DNA of 55,971 bases from an uncultured Gemmatimonadota bacterium (GTDB lineage Bacteria > Blakebacterota > Blakebacteria > Blakebacterales > Blakebacteraceae): contig CAZWVF010000009.1 in assembly GCA_964637695.1 (NCBI GenBank), positions 1 to 55,971 of the forward strand. The letters run 5' to 3'. Below the pieces are notes generated by a model. It did no database searches, was not told where the DNA came from, and saw only the letters and a list, made by a program, of their open reading frames with translations. Within the stretch, counting starts at the first letter, position 1. Each line of letters begins with the position of its first letter. Positions 1-11,852 of this stretch are shown one piece after another. The translations under genes and the position numbers were made by a program.

Positions 1-14
1 GGGCACCTGTTTCA

Positions 15-494
15 CTACCTTTTCGATACCATCAGGACTGCCGCCGGTCCATCGCTGAAAGGCAGGGTTTCAGTGGCCAGTGCATGCTCTTCAACGAGCC
101 AGTCGGGTACAGTCTCCTCCTCAGCAGTCAAACCGGTTACCGACCGTTCGATGACGGGTGAATCGAGAATTGTGTAGGCGGTCAGTGCGATCATGATCAT
201 CGCTGCAGCAGCCACCGTCTGCCACATCCAGCGTGGGATCGATTGGACAGATACAGGCTCGCTCTTCTCCCTCATGAGCAAAGCGGCATTCAGCAGTTCT
301 CTGTAGCCTCCCGGCGGTGGATCAACACTGGCAGCATGACCGGCCAGCAGTTCCACTACCTCGTCTAGATCAGCCATGATACTACGGCACACCCCGCAGT
401 GTGAGAGGTGCTCCTGAAGTTCTTCGGCCTCGCCACTTTCCAGCCATCCTTCTCTCAGTGCTGTTAATCTGGCTGGTTCAGGACAGATATTCAT
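15..494 (-). CDS. Anti-sigma factor with zinc-finger (zf-HC2) and one TM helix
   Basis: HxxxCxxC motif (EHLSHCGVC), hydrophobic TM segment WMWQTVAAAAMIMIALTAYTIL; ATG at 494 overlaps the sigma stop codon (ATGA), so the start is trimmed from the 572 given in the ORF track. Confidence 0.8.
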   Translation of the reverse strand: MNICPEPARLTALREGWLESGEAEELQEHLSHCGVCRSIMADLDEVVELLAGHAASVDPPPGGYRELLNAALLMREKSEPVSVQSIPRWMWQTVAAAAMIMIALTAYTILDSPVIERSVTGLTAEEETVPDWLVEEHALATETLPFSDGPAAVLMVSKR

Positions 495-1135
495 GATGCG
501 ATCCCCCTTAGTTGCTCCCGCAGCTTTATCCGGCCGTAGTGGAGCCGGCTCATGACGGTTCCTTCCGGGCAATCCATTATCTCTGCAATTTCCCTGTGAC
601 TGAATCCTTCCAGATCAAACAAGACTACTACAGTTCGCTGTTCCGGCGAAAGCGTCAGAAGGGCAGCTTTAATTTGTTCTTTTACTTCAGCGATCTCGTA
701 ATCCTTTTCCGGATCATTTTCTTCAACCAGAGTACCTGTCGTATACTCGTCATCGGGATTTGACCGATCTCCACCTCTTATGGAGATTCCCTTCGACCCG
801 ATGAACTTCTCTTCCATTCCGGCAGCGAAAGCTCCGCTTCGCAGTTTCTCTCTCTTCAGGAAGTTCAACGTCTTGTTCACTACTATCCTGTAGAACCAGG
901 AGGAGAAGGAATACCTCCTGTCAAAAGTACCGGCCGATCGATGTATTTCCAGTAGCGCATCCTGGGCCAGGTCCCAGGCATCCTCCCGGTTCCTGGTCAT
1001 CCGTAATGCGATCGAATACGCCTTCTTCAAATACCGCCCGCCCAGTTCTTCGAACGCCTGGCGATCCCCTTCTGCAACTCGCCCGACCAGAGCTTCATCA
1101 GTTCTGGAAGAAACTATGTCGTCACGGCTTCCCAA
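491..1135 (-). CDS. ECF RNA polymerase sigma-70 factor (RpoE-like)
   Basis: Region 2 (AWDLAQDAL...FSSWFYRIVVN) and region 4 (GFSHREIAEIMDCPEGTVMSRLHYGR); TTG start; coupled to downstream anti-sigma. Confidence 0.9.
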   Translation of the reverse strand: MGSRDDIVSSRTDEALVGRVAEGDRQAFEELGGRYLKKAYSIALRMTRNREDAWDLAQDALLEIHRSAGTFDRRYSFSSWFYRIVVNKTLNFLKREKLRSGAFAAGMEEKFIGSKGISIRGGDRSNPDDEYTTGTLVEENDPEKDYEIAEVKEQIKAALLTLSPEQRTVVVLFDLEGFSHREIAEIMDCPEGTVMSRLHYGRIKLREQLRGIAS

Positions 1136-1146
1136 TGGTATACAGC

Positions 1147-1956
1147 CTACTTCCCAACTCCCTTCACAGATCTGGAAGGAAGCTTTTCATCGTTGTAATC
1201 GTCCAGAGATTCAGCAAAACGCAGAGCCCTCAGGTTCAGGTCTGTCTCTGTATGATATTCGAGATGGCGCCTCAACAGCACAGCCGTCTCACGCCTGACC
1301 GCCTGCGACGGGGTAAGCGCCACGGCTGCGGCCACACCTTCTGCCCTGCCCAGATGGTTGATCAGTTCAACCGTCGCTCCCTGGACCGAAACAGCGGCAC
1401 CTTCCACCGGATAACAGAGTCCGCAGCAAGCTTCCCCGCGGGGAAAAGAGAATTTTCCTCCCCCATCAAGAGAGCCGGCGCAGCCCGCACATTCACTGGT
1501 GTGGAGAGCATAACCCAGAAGCCCGGCCATGTGGATCTGGAATACGAAGTTGAGCAGCTGAGGATCTCCCACACCCTCTTCATGGGCTTGCAGGATATTC
1601 AGCAGCAGATCGTACAGCTCTCCACTGGAATGTTCCTGCCACATCAGGCGTCCTGTCAGTTCGAGCATTGCCTGAGAGTAAGCGGACCGGAAGAGATCTT
1701 CCCGGATCGAGGCGTATGGATGCAGCAGATCGGCCTCTGTAACCGTCTGCAGATCTCTGTTCTCCCTGATCGAGAGAGTGATCCGCACTCTCTGCATCGG
1801 TTCCAGTGTGGAGGAGAAGCGACCCTTCTTCCCCCTCGCACCCTTGGCGATTCCTTTAACGAGCCCCTTTTCGCGACTGTAGAAGGTGACGATCCGGCTG
1901 GTTTCCCGGTAATATTGCGACCTCAGTATTACGGCATCGAGAGTCAGAAGTGACAC
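1147..1956 (-). CDS. recO: DNA repair protein RecO
   Basis: N-terminal AVILRSQYYRETSRIVTFYSREKGLVKGIAKGAR, LEPM, CxxC...CCxxC zinc motif; GTG start overlaps mgtE stop (TAGTG). Confidence 0.93.
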   Translation of the reverse strand: MSLLTLDAVILRSQYYRETSRIVTFYSREKGLVKGIAKGARGKKGRFSSTLEPMQRVRITLSIRENRDLQTVTEADLLHPYASIREDLFRSAYSQAMLELTGRLMWQEHSSGELYDLLLNILQAHEEGVGDPQLLNFVFQIHMAGLLGYALHTSECAGCAGSLDGGGKFSFPRGEACCGLCYPVEGAAVSVQGATVELINHLGRAEGVAAAVALTPSQAVRRETAVLLRRHLEYHTETDLNLRALRFAESLDDYNDEKLPSRSVKGVGK

Positions 1957-3350
1957 TAACCTGCCACCGTTAATGTTCTCAGCAGGAAAGTTGCCAGCGC
2001 AAAATATATGAGCAGCCCGATTATATCGTTCGACATGGTCACGAAGGGACCGGTGGCAATTGCTGGATCCACCCTGAGTTTTTCGAAGACCATGGGTACC
2101 ACCGCACCCATTGTGGCGGCGACGATTATGGCGGTCAGCAAGCTGAGTCCTACAATCAGTCCAAACACCGACTGACCAATCCAGAGCCAGGATAAGAATC
2201 CAACCATCAGCCCGCAGATAATCCCCATAACCAACCCTACCCTGACCTCTTTGAAAATCCGACTTCCCGCGTGGATGAGGTCAGACTGCCCCGTAGCCAG
2301 TCCGCGCACTACTATCGTAGATGACTGCAGTCCGATATTGCCTCCTATAGCGGTGATAACCGGAAAAAAAAACGCCAGCATCAAATACTCTTCCATCAGC
2401 GATATATTGAAACTGATGATATAGGCAGCCACCAGCGCACTCACCAGGCTGGTCACGATCCAGGGGAGCCGACTGCCCGCCGCCCGGATCGAAGACCGTT
2501 CAATCAGATCCTCATCGCCAACACCGGCCATACGCCTGAGATCCTTTTCGATCTCCTCCTCGAGCACATCCGCGATGTCATCGTGTGTGATCCGGCCGAC
2601 CAGTATTCCGCCGTCATCGACGACAGGTATCGCCGCCAGATCGTACTGCTGCACCTGGCGGGCCACATCCTCCTGGTTCATATCGACCGGCACGGATACG
2701 ACATCACTCTTCATGAATTCTGCAACCCGACGGGTTCCGGGCGAAAGAAGCAGGTCGCGAAGCCTGATCAGCCCTTTCAGAATGCCTCCGGCGTCCACGA
2801 CATAGACATAGAACATCGACTCCACTTCTTCGGCGGCCCGCCTGATAGCTTCGATGGCTTCATCTACAGTCGAGCTGTAATCCACGGCCACAAAATCCGT
2901 CTCCATGAGGCCACCGGCGGTGTCCTCCCCGTGGACGAGGAGTTCCTTGATCTCCTCCCTTTCTTCGGGTGCTACATGGCTGAGAACTTCTTCGGCCGCT
3001 TCCTCGTCGAGATTGCCCACCAGGTCGGCGGCATCATCGGTGGGCATCTCTTTTACGAGTTCCGCCAGCTCGCGGGGATCGACCAGCTCGAGTACAGAGA
3101 TACGCGAGGCTTCTTCCATTTCGGCCAGGATATCTGATCCGGTTTCGTTATCGAGCAGGCTCAGAACGCGCGCACTATCCTCCGGATCCATCACATCGAG
3201 GATATCGGCTGCATCGGCATAGTGGAGGTCGACAAGGAGATTGCGGATCGAACCCTCACCCCGCTCACCCTGCTCGAGCAACCTGTTGAGTGTGCCTACA
3301 AGCTCCCTTTTATGCTCCTCCAGATCTTCCAGTGTTCTGCGCATAGCCAT
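1956..3350 (-). CDS. mgtE: Magnesium transporter MgtE
   Basis: MgtE_N repeats (DDAADL), CBS pair (EDTAGGLM...LAAIPVVD), TM domain RLPW, GGNIGLQSSTIVVRGLATG, DPAIATGPFVTMSND. Confidence 0.95.
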   Translation of the reverse strand: MAMRRTLEDLEEHKRELVGTLNRLLEQGERGEGSIRNLLVDLHYADAADILDVMDPEDSARVLSLLDNETGSDILAEMEEASRISVLELVDPRELAELVKEMPTDDAADLVGNLDEEAAEEVLSHVAPEEREEIKELLVHGEDTAGGLMETDFVAVDYSSTVDEAIEAIRRAAEEVESMFYVYVVDAGGILKGLIRLRDLLLSPGTRRVAEFMKSDVVSVPVDMNQEDVARQVQQYDLAAIPVVDDGGILVGRITHDDIADVLEEEIEKDLRRMAGVGDEDLIERSSIRAAGSRLPWIVTSLVSALVAAYIISFNISLMEEYLMLAFFFPVITAIGGNIGLQSSTIVVRGLATGQSDLIHAGSRIFKEVRVGLVMGIICGLMVGFLSWLWIGQSVFGLIVGLSLLTAIIVAATMGAVVPMVFEKLRVDPAIATGPFVTMSNDIIGLLIYFALATFLLRTLTVAG

Positions 3351-3697
3351 TATTTTCCGCTCGAATCCGGTCGGGCGATCCTGTAAACATGTTCTCCCGT
3401 CTTCACCATCCCGTACTCCTCTCGTGCGATCCTTTCCAGGGCGGCATCGTCATCGAGCCTGCCCCTCTTTCTTTCCAGTTCACTCTTCCTGGCCTCCAGC
3501 TGTTCGATTCTGGCTTCGATTTCGGCGGCCTCTCGACTGAGTTTTATCTGTTTGAACAGACCGAAATTACTCAGTACCAGCAGATAGAATAAAACCGATG
3601 CCGCACCGATCAGAATAATCCTTCTGGTGGGCAGTCGGCCCGGTATCCTCGGGCGCTTGAAACGTCGGAATTTCTTATCGAGGACTCTCCTGGCCAT
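3350..3697 (-). CDS. ftsB: Septum formation initiator family protein (FtsB/DivIC)
   Basis: Single TM followed by coiled coil and LERIAREEYGMVKTGEHVY; located directly after enolase as in many bacteria. Confidence 0.85.
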   Translation of the reverse strand: MARRVLDKKFRRFKRPRIPGRLPTRRIILIGAASVLFYLLVLSNFGLFKQIKLSREAAEIEARIEQLEARKSELERKRGRLDDDAALERIAREEYGMVKTGEHVYRIARPDSSGK

Positions 3698-3702
3698 TTT
3701 CG

Positions 3703-5978
<2,276 letters not shown>

Positions 5979-6017
5979 TTTATTTCCGGGTCTATAATAG
6001 GAACAGCACCCGACGGC

Positions 6018-6183
6018 ATGGTGCCCTGTCACGCAACAACCGTGGCATTCGAGCGGCGCCGTATCCCGACCGGCTGCGTTGCGTCTCCTCGCCATAGCCA
6101 CCGCTATGTCTCGTCGCCACGCCTTGTCGGTCAAGCACGGCATCACTCTCGGTGCCGACACTTGCTACGTGACATGACACTAG
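6018..6183. mobile_element. 166-bp MITE-like repeat, copy 1
   Basis: 141/166 ungapped identity (hand-aligned) to 44036..44201; imperfect terminal inverted repeats (ATGGTGCCCTGTCACG / CGTGACATGACACTAG); central hairpin CATAGC-CACC-GCTATG at 6093..6108; no coding capacity. Confidence 0.75.
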
Positions 6184-7417
6184 CATCCCCGTCAACGGCA
6201 AGTGCCCCATCGATTTCAGATGCAATCACGATCTCCCGATAGACATCCTGCAGCGGCACTCCCTTTTCCAGTGCCTTCTGCCGGCACGCTTCGTACTCGG
6301 GATGAACCCGCCACCGGTTGCCATCCGGAAGAGCGGACAGCTTGACAGTAATTGTTCCGAGGCTGGTCTTGAGTCTGCCGCGTGCCCGTGCCAGGACCAT
6401 GCGGCCGGTATGGGAGATACGCATGCCCAGGGTGCCGGTTTCCTCGAAAACGAGCTGCTGCAGTTTCGATAGATCGGGGGGATCACACAGGACAGTAAGG
6501 TGAACACCGGGACGACCCTTCTTCATTACAACAGGAGTCACATAGGCATCACGGGCGCCTCCATCCAGCAGGCGCTCTATCATGTAGGGCCAGATTTCAG
6601 GCAGGGTATCGTCCACGGTTGTCTCGATCACCGCAATCCGGTTGCCGCCATGCGTATCGACATCCTCCAGAGTGCCCAGGGTGGCCCGGAGAAGATTGGG
6701 GCGCCCCTCGAGCTGCCGTGTTCCCGCCCCGTAGCCTACCCGTTCCGGGGTCAGGGAGAGGCTGGTGGTGAAGGAATCGACCAGGGTGGTCAGCATTGCT
6801 GCTCCCGTCGGTGTAACAAGTTCGAAGGGGATATCGACTCTCCTGATCGGTACCCCCTCAAGCAGATATGCTGTGGCAGGGGCGGGTACGGGTAGAATCC
6901 CGTGGGCCGAATGAACCTCTCCGTGGCCATCCGATGGAGGTATCGAGAGAATCGTATCCACTTCCAGACTTAAAACGGCTGCTGTTCCGCAGACTACATC
7001 CACAACTGCATCGAGTGCACCAGTTTCGTGCAGGTGAATCCTACCCGGATCAGATCCGTGCACTCTGGCCTCGGCTGCTCCCAGCCTCGTGAAAACCTCA
7101 GCGGCCTTCCCCTTCACGGCCGTGTCGAGTGAAGGGGTATCGAGCCGGTCGAGGAGGTCCTCCACCGTCGTACTGTGGCCTTGCCAGCCACCATCCGTAT
7201 CGGGGATTTCGAGTTCACCGTCTATCACTACATCAACTTTCGTGGCTTCGATCCCGCCCCGCTCGGTGCGTGTCACTTTCAACTGCACGCGATCACCGAG
7301 CCCCAGCGCCTCTATCTGTTTCTCGAGCACTCCGACTTCCACCCCCAGATCAACCAGCGCTCCCAGAAGCATGTCACCGGAGATACCTGCAAACGGTTCA
7401 AGGAAAAGAACTCTCAC
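6143..7417 (-). CDS. larC: Nickel pincer cofactor biosynthesis protein LarC
   Basis: AGISGDMLLGAL, HLHETGALDAVVDV, AHGILPVPAPAT, ELVTPTGAA, ETTVDD, MKKGRPG, ETGTLGMR, PEYEAC; GTG 7417 overlaps larB stop (GTGA). Confidence 0.92.
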   Translation of the reverse strand: MRVLFLEPFAGISGDMLLGALVDLGVEVGVLEKQIEALGLGDRVQLKVTRTERGGIEATKVDVVIDGELEIPDTDGGWQGHSTTVEDLLDRLDTPSLDTAVKGKAAEVFTRLGAAEARVHGSDPGRIHLHETGALDAVVDVVCGTAAVLSLEVDTILSIPPSDGHGEVHSAHGILPVPAPATAYLLEGVPIRRVDIPFELVTPTGAAMLTTLVDSFTTSLSLTPERVGYGAGTRQLEGRPNLLRATLGTLEDVDTHGGNRIAVIETTVDDTLPEIWPYMIERLLDGGARDAYVTPVVMKKGRPGVHLTVLCDPPDLSKLQQLVFEETGTLGMRISHTGRMVLARARGRLKTSLGTITVKLSALPDGNRWRVHPEYEACRQKALEKGVPLQDVYREIVIASEIDGALAVDGDASVMSRSKCRHRE

Positions 7418-8184
7418 GACGAATTCCATACCCTGGCAATGCGCGCGGCGGCACAGCCTGCGCCGAAGCCGTTATCGATATTGACCACCGTTATCCCGGT
7501 GGCACACGAAGAGAGCATGCCGAGCAGTGAAGCAAATCCACCGGCGGAAACACCGTAACCCACGCTGGTTGGAACGGCTACGATCGGACGCCTGACGAGA
7601 CCGCCGACAACACTCGGCAGTGCCCCCTCCATGCCGGCTGCCACAATCAGTACCGCCATCGTGTCGAGCTCCTCCCTGCGTGCCAGAAGCCGGTGAAGTC
7701 CCGCTACACCCACATCGTAGATCCTGTGTGCCTCCATTCCCATCGTTTCGGCGGTCAGGGCAGCTTCTTCGGCGACAGGGATATCAGAGGTTCCGGCCGA
7801 TACAACCGCAACAGGACCACTCATCACCACTCCATCGAGCGAACCTTCAGGTATGTACCTGACGATCCTGGCTACGGGAAAGTGCTCTGCATCCGGTACA
7901 GCTTCGATTATGGCAGCGGCCCTCTCCTCATCCACCCTTGTTGCCAGCATCGCGTTTCCTCTCCCGGCCATCTTTGCGGCTATCGCACTGCACTGCTCGA
8001 CACTCTTCCCCTCACCGAGAAGAACTTCAGGGAATCCACATCTCAGTTCGCGGTGAGTATCCACTGTCGCGAAATCACCCACTCTCTCGAAGGGCAATTC
8101 CTTCAACCGCTGCAGTACCTGCTCTACATCCACCTTGCCCGCCGCAAGATCATTCAGGAGACCAGTCAGATCAGGTTCGTGCAC
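7414..8184 (-). CDS. larB: Nickel pincer cofactor biosynthesis protein LarB
   Basis: DTHRELRCGFPEVLLGEGK, SAGTSDIPVAEEA, DVGVAGLHRL, AGMEGALPSVVGGL, PTSVGYG, VVNIDNGFGAG. Confidence 0.95.
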   Translation of the reverse strand: MHEPDLTGLLNDLAAGKVDVEQVLQRLKELPFERVGDFATVDTHRELRCGFPEVLLGEGKSVEQCSAIAAKMAGRGNAMLATRVDEERAAAIIEAVPDAEHFPVARIVRYIPEGSLDGVVMSGPVAVVSAGTSDIPVAEEAALTAETMGMEAHRIYDVGVAGLHRLLARREELDTMAVLIVAAGMEGALPSVVGGLVRRPIVAVPTSVGYGVSAGGFASLLGMLSSCATGITVVNIDNGFGAGCAAARIARVWNSS

Positions 8185-9173
8185 AGATCCTCCCCTTTTC
8201 GGTAATCGGCCAGCATCTCCAGATACCGGGCTGTAATCTCTTCCATAGCCTCAAGTGATTCGGCCCTTATAATAGCATGCCGGAGCCGGCTTCCACACCA
8301 AAGCCCCTTTGTGTAATTGCTTATATGCTTCCTGATCTCCCTCATGCCCCGCATCTCTCCCTTCTCCTCAACGTTGAATCCGGCATGAAGCAGGGCAACG
8401 CCGAGTCTCTCTTCGACCGCAGGTAGCGGCGGAAGTTCACCACTTTCAAGGTATCCTTTTGTTCTGCTGAATATCCATGGGTTGCCGATTGCACCTCTGG
8501 CCACCATGACAGCTGCACAGTCCGTTGTTTCAAGCATTCTGAGAATGTCGTCAGGTTCGAAGAGGTCCCCACTGCCGATCACAGGAATCGGACTCTCCCT
8601 GACCAGGTGGCCGATCATATCCCAATCGGCCTCGCCTGAGTATCCCTGAACACCGGTCCTGGGGTGGAATGCCACTGCACGAGCACCCTCTTCAGCGGCG
8701 ATCTGTGCTGCATCGACATAGACGAGATTGGACCTGTCCCAGCCAGAGCGGATCTTGACTGTCACCGGGCAGGGTACCGAGGCAACAACAGCGGCGACAA
8801 CATTTCTGTAGAGGACCATGTCATTGAGGATGGCGCACCCGGCTACCTTCCTTGTGACTTTCCTGGCCGGGCAGCCGAAATTGATATCGATGTAATCGGG
8901 TCGCATCTCCCAGGCACGCTCTGCAGCTGCAGCTATTATTTCAGGCGAGTTGCCAAACAACTGGACAGCTATCGGATGCTCCTCCTCAGCGAATGAGAGC
9001 ATGTCAAGAGTGCGTCTGTTGTTTCTGACTATGCCGTCGCTGGAGATGAATCCTGTATATAGTGTATCGGCGCCCATCGATCGGCAGAGCCGGCGGTAGA
9101 CCGAATCGGTGATTCCGGCCATCGGGGAGAGAAAGAGGGTCCCGAGTTCTATCCCATCCAGGGTCAGAGCCAT
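8166..9173 (-). CDS. dusB: tRNA-dihydrouridine synthase DusB family
   Basis: LSPMAGITD, QLFG, DINFGCP, GCAIL, VTVKIRSGW, HPRT, GSGD, VMVARGAIGNPWIF. Confidence 0.92.
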   Translation of the reverse strand: MALTLDGIELGTLFLSPMAGITDSVYRRLCRSMGADTLYTGFISSDGIVRNNRRTLDMLSFAEEEHPIAVQLFGNSPEIIAAAAERAWEMRPDYIDINFGCPARKVTRKVAGCAILNDMVLYRNVVAAVVASVPCPVTVKIRSGWDRSNLVYVDAAQIAAEEGARAVAFHPRTGVQGYSGEADWDMIGHLVRESPIPVIGSGDLFEPDDILRMLETTDCAAVMVARGAIGNPWIFSRTKGYLESGELPPLPAVEERLGVALLHAGFNVEEKGEMRGMREIRKHISNYTKGLWCGSRLRHAIIRAESLEAMEEITARYLEMLADYRKGEDLCTNLI

Positions 9174-9180
9174 CAGCTGC

Positions 9181-10128
9181 TCAGATCGCTCTGGCCAGAA
9201 CCATGCCCAGGCTTGCCCGGTGACGCCACGGACTGAGGGCGGCCAGCAGCAACCCGGTCGGTGTTCCTCCCGCGACAGCCAGACCGGTGGCCAGGCGACT
9301 TTTCATGGATCCGGGATCAATCCATACACGTGGATAGAGGACCCACTGAAGTGATGCTACAGCGTCATACAGGTCATCAGTTACGAGGCTGAATCTTTCC
9401 ACCACCCTCAGACCGGTCATATTCATCAACCCGGTTATGCCTTCAGGTGTGAAGTGCCAGCGATGCCGGGGAGGATCCCAGGCAACAGTGTGAGCTCCGA
9501 AGAAGGTGCGTTCCGTTGCGGCAGCATTGGGAACAGCTACGACTATCTTCCCTTCCGGTGCCATTATTTCCCTGATATGAGTGAGTGTTGAGACAGGATC
9601 TTCAAGATGTTCGAGAACGTGCCACATGGTATAGAGTCTGCCATCGGCGACCTCTTCGGGCAGTGGTGCGGTTATGCTGGTTTCGATGACCTCAAGCCCC
9701 CTGACTCGAGCCGCCTCTACTGCCCGGGGGGATGATTCGATACCCACCACCCTCTCTCCAGGGCATACCCTCCGCCAGACATCCATGAATCCTCCCGATC
9801 CACAGCCAATATCGACCAGCTTGCCTCCGCCAACCCACGGTTTGATGATCGATACCTTGCGCTGCTGGCTTCTGGTCGCCAGCCATCCACGCAGACCGCC
9901 GGGAGTCTGATGGGGCAGGTAATCGGCATCCGGTTCCTCAACCTGTGCATTTTCCATGTCGAGCACGCTCTCAAATGTGCCGCAATCGACGCACACTACC
10001 AGCTGGATAGACCGGCCGTCCGGAGCAAAGCGGTCGGGGGGCAGAAATGTGCTGCCAGCTCTGCTGCCTCCGCAAAAGAGGCAATTCTTCTTCAGCAGGT
10101 CTTCAAGCAGGAGATAAGCCCTTTTCAT
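9181..10128 (-). CDS. Class I SAM-dependent methyltransferase with N-terminal CxxC...CxxC
   Basis: LVDIGCGSGGF SAM motif, MWHVLEHL, VAVPN, WDPPRHRWHFT; CLFC and CVDC pairs; start uncertain (10128 chosen because 10272 lies only 3 nt from the divergent pepA start). Confidence 0.8.
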   Translation of the reverse strand: MKRAYLLLEDLLKKNCLFCGGSRAGSTFLPPDRFAPDGRSIQLVVCVDCGTFESVLDMENAQVEEPDADYLPHQTPGGLRGWLATRSQQRKVSIIKPWVGGGKLVDIGCGSGGFMDVWRRVCPGERVVGIESSPRAVEAARVRGLEVIETSITAPLPEEVADGRLYTMWHVLEHLEDPVSTLTHIREIMAPEGKIVVAVPNAAATERTFFGAHTVAWDPPRHRWHFTPEGITGLMNMTGLRVVERFSLVTDDLYDAVASLQWVLYPRVWIDPGSMKSRLATGLAVAGGTPTGLLLAALSPWRHRASLGMVLARAI

Positions 10129-10164
10129 CAAACTCTTGATTGACTGAGGCACAATGATATCGAG

Positions 10165-10193
10165 ATTATAAACAGCTGAAAGCAGCCTGTCAC
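10165..10193 (-). promoter_or_regulatory. Sigma70-type promoter for the methyltransferase-dusB-larB-larC operon
   Basis: Minus strand GTGACA (10193..10188), 17-nt spacer, TATAAT (10170..10165). Confidence 0.65.
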
Positions 10194-10275
10194 CGTTGAC
10201 AAGGCAGTGGCCGCTGCCCGATGATATCGGTTTGACGGCCATCTTCACCCAATCGCACACGATTGGAGTCACTAT

Positions 10276-11784
10276 ATGAGGATCACCTTATCTCGAACCG
10301 CACCAGCAACTTACAAAGGTGACGCGCTGGTAATAGGGGTAACTCAACCCGATCCGATATCCGGTTCCATTATCAGAAAGCTTAATAAAGAAACTATCGA
10401 TATGATCTCGGATGCGATGAAAGGAAAGGAATTCTCTGCCAAAGAGGGTGAACTGATTCTGCTCCACAATCCTCCAGGGCTGGATGTCAGGAGGCTGTTG
10501 ATCGCAGGCCTCGGCAAAGAGAAAGACCTGTCTACCGAGAGCTGCCGGCGACTCGGCGGAATGGCCTCCCGCAGATTGAGGAAACAGAGTATCGCCGGCA
10601 TGGCGGTAGTCCTGCCCGGCCACCATTCGGAATCTGCCGCGGTGCAGGCTCTGGTTGAGGGATTTCTGATCGGCCCGGGGGGTATTGATGCATACAGGAC
10701 AGATAAGAAGGAGAGAGAGAAAGATCCTTATCACGGAAGCTACACCCGTCTCACACTGCTCACTTCCTCAGTCACCAGTTCTATGCGAAAGGCAGCACAT
10801 ATCGGAGCGACAGTCGCCGAGGGTGTAATACTGGTCAGACGGCTGGTCAATACACCAGGTAATCTGATGACACCTGTTGTCCTCGCTTCAGAAACCAGAA
10901 AAGCCTGCCGCAAGGCCGGCGTTTCGGTGTCGGTGCTGAATGAGAAGCAGATCCGCGACAAAGGTTTCGGTGGAGTTGTGGCGGTCAGCAGCGGGAGTTC
11001 CAATCCCCCCCGTTTCATCGTCATGAGATACATTCCGGAGAGCGCAAAAAGCAGGAAGCGCCCCCCCCTGGTCATGGTCGGAAAGGGAATAACATTCGAT
11101 TCGGGAGGTATCTCGTTGAAACCGACTGCAAGCATGGAAGAGATGAAGGCCGATATGGCGGGAGCGGGAGCCGTTATCGGTGCAATGTCCGTTATCGGGC
11201 GCCTCAAACCGGACCGACCTGTTACCGGAATCGTACCGGCCTGTGAGAACATGCCTTCGGGAAGCGCCACCAGGCCGGGTGACGTGATCACAACATATTC
11301 AGGGAAGACTATCGAAGTGCTCAACACCGATGCTGAAGGGAGATTGATCCTGGCCGACGCTCTCGCCTTCGCCCTGGAAGAAAAACCGGCGGCTATCGTG
11401 GACATAGCCACACTGACCGGAGCCTGCATAGTGGCCCTCGGCCACGTCTATGCCGGATTGATGGGAAACGACACGGACTGGGTGGAGATCGTGCGGGAAA
11501 CAGCTGCTCAACACGGCGAAAAAGCATGGCCTCTTCCGATGGACCCCGAATACGACAATCTGGTTAAATCTGATATCGCCGATGTTAGAAACACGGGGAA
11601 AGATTCTCCAGGTGCAATTTCCGCTGCAAAACTCCTTGAAAAATTCGTCGGGGATACACGCTGGGCGCACATGGATATCGCCGGAATGGACTGGAGAAAA
11701 GAGGCCACTTCGTGGATCGGCTTGGGACCAACCGGATATGGCGTCAGAACACTTACAGCTCTGGCTTTTAGAGAAGATTACTGA
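10276..11784 (+). CDS. pepA: Leucyl aminopeptidase (M17)
   Basis: VGKGITFDSGGISLK, MKADMAG, EVLNTDAEGRLILAD, DIATLTGA, WAHMDIAG. Confidence 0.97.
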   Translation: MRITLSRTAPATYKGDALVIGVTQPDPISGSIIRKLNKETIDMISDAMKGKEFSAKEGELILLHNPPGLDVRRLLIAGLGKEKDLSTESCRRLGGMASRRLRKQSIAGMAVVLPGHHSESAAVQALVEGFLIGPGGIDAYRTDKKEREKDPYHGSYTRLTLLTSSVTSSMRKAAHIGATVAEGVILVRRLVNTPGNLMTPVVLASETRKACRKAGVSVSVLNEKQIRDKGFGGVVAVSSGSSNPPRFIVMRYIPESAKSRKRPPLVMVGKGITFDSGGISLKPTASMEEMKADMAGAGAVIGAMSVIGRLKPDRPVTGIVPACENMPSGSATRPGDVITTYSGKTIEVLNTDAEGRLILADALAFALEEKPAAIVDIATLTGACIVALGHVYAGLMGNDTDWVEIVRETAAQHGEKAWPLPMDPEYDNLVKSDIADVRNTGKDSPGAISAAKLLEKFVGDTRWAHMDIAGMDWRKEATSWIGLGPTGYGVRTLTALAFREDY

Positions 11785-11847
11785 GTGCCGGCGTAATTGC
11801 GGAACGATGCACCAGTGTGCCGCTCCGTAATTACGGAACGGTGCACT
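11784..11847. repeat. Tandem pair of 34-bp REP-like palindromes (degenerate 30-nt copy plus full copy) between convergent pepA and pcnB
   Basis: 11814..11847 AGTGTGCCGCTCCGTAA/TTACGGAACGGTGCACT is a 17+17 inverted repeat with 3 non-Watson-Crick positions; 11784..11813 is a shortened copy. Confidence 0.75.
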
Positions 11848-11852
11848 AAGAT

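Noticed and set aside
5992-6225. Similar short ORFs at 5992..6225, 43854..44186, 52969..53208 and 53039..53248 (e.g. ATRHSGGYGEE, MARRRN) as a small protein family or toxin
   Set aside because: The similarity is confined to the repeat element; they have no SD or coding context and are translations of non-coding repeats.
11784-11847. Tandem palindromes as a mini CRISPR array
   Set aside because: The copies abut with no unique spacer, other copies are dispersed singly, and no cas gene is present in the window.
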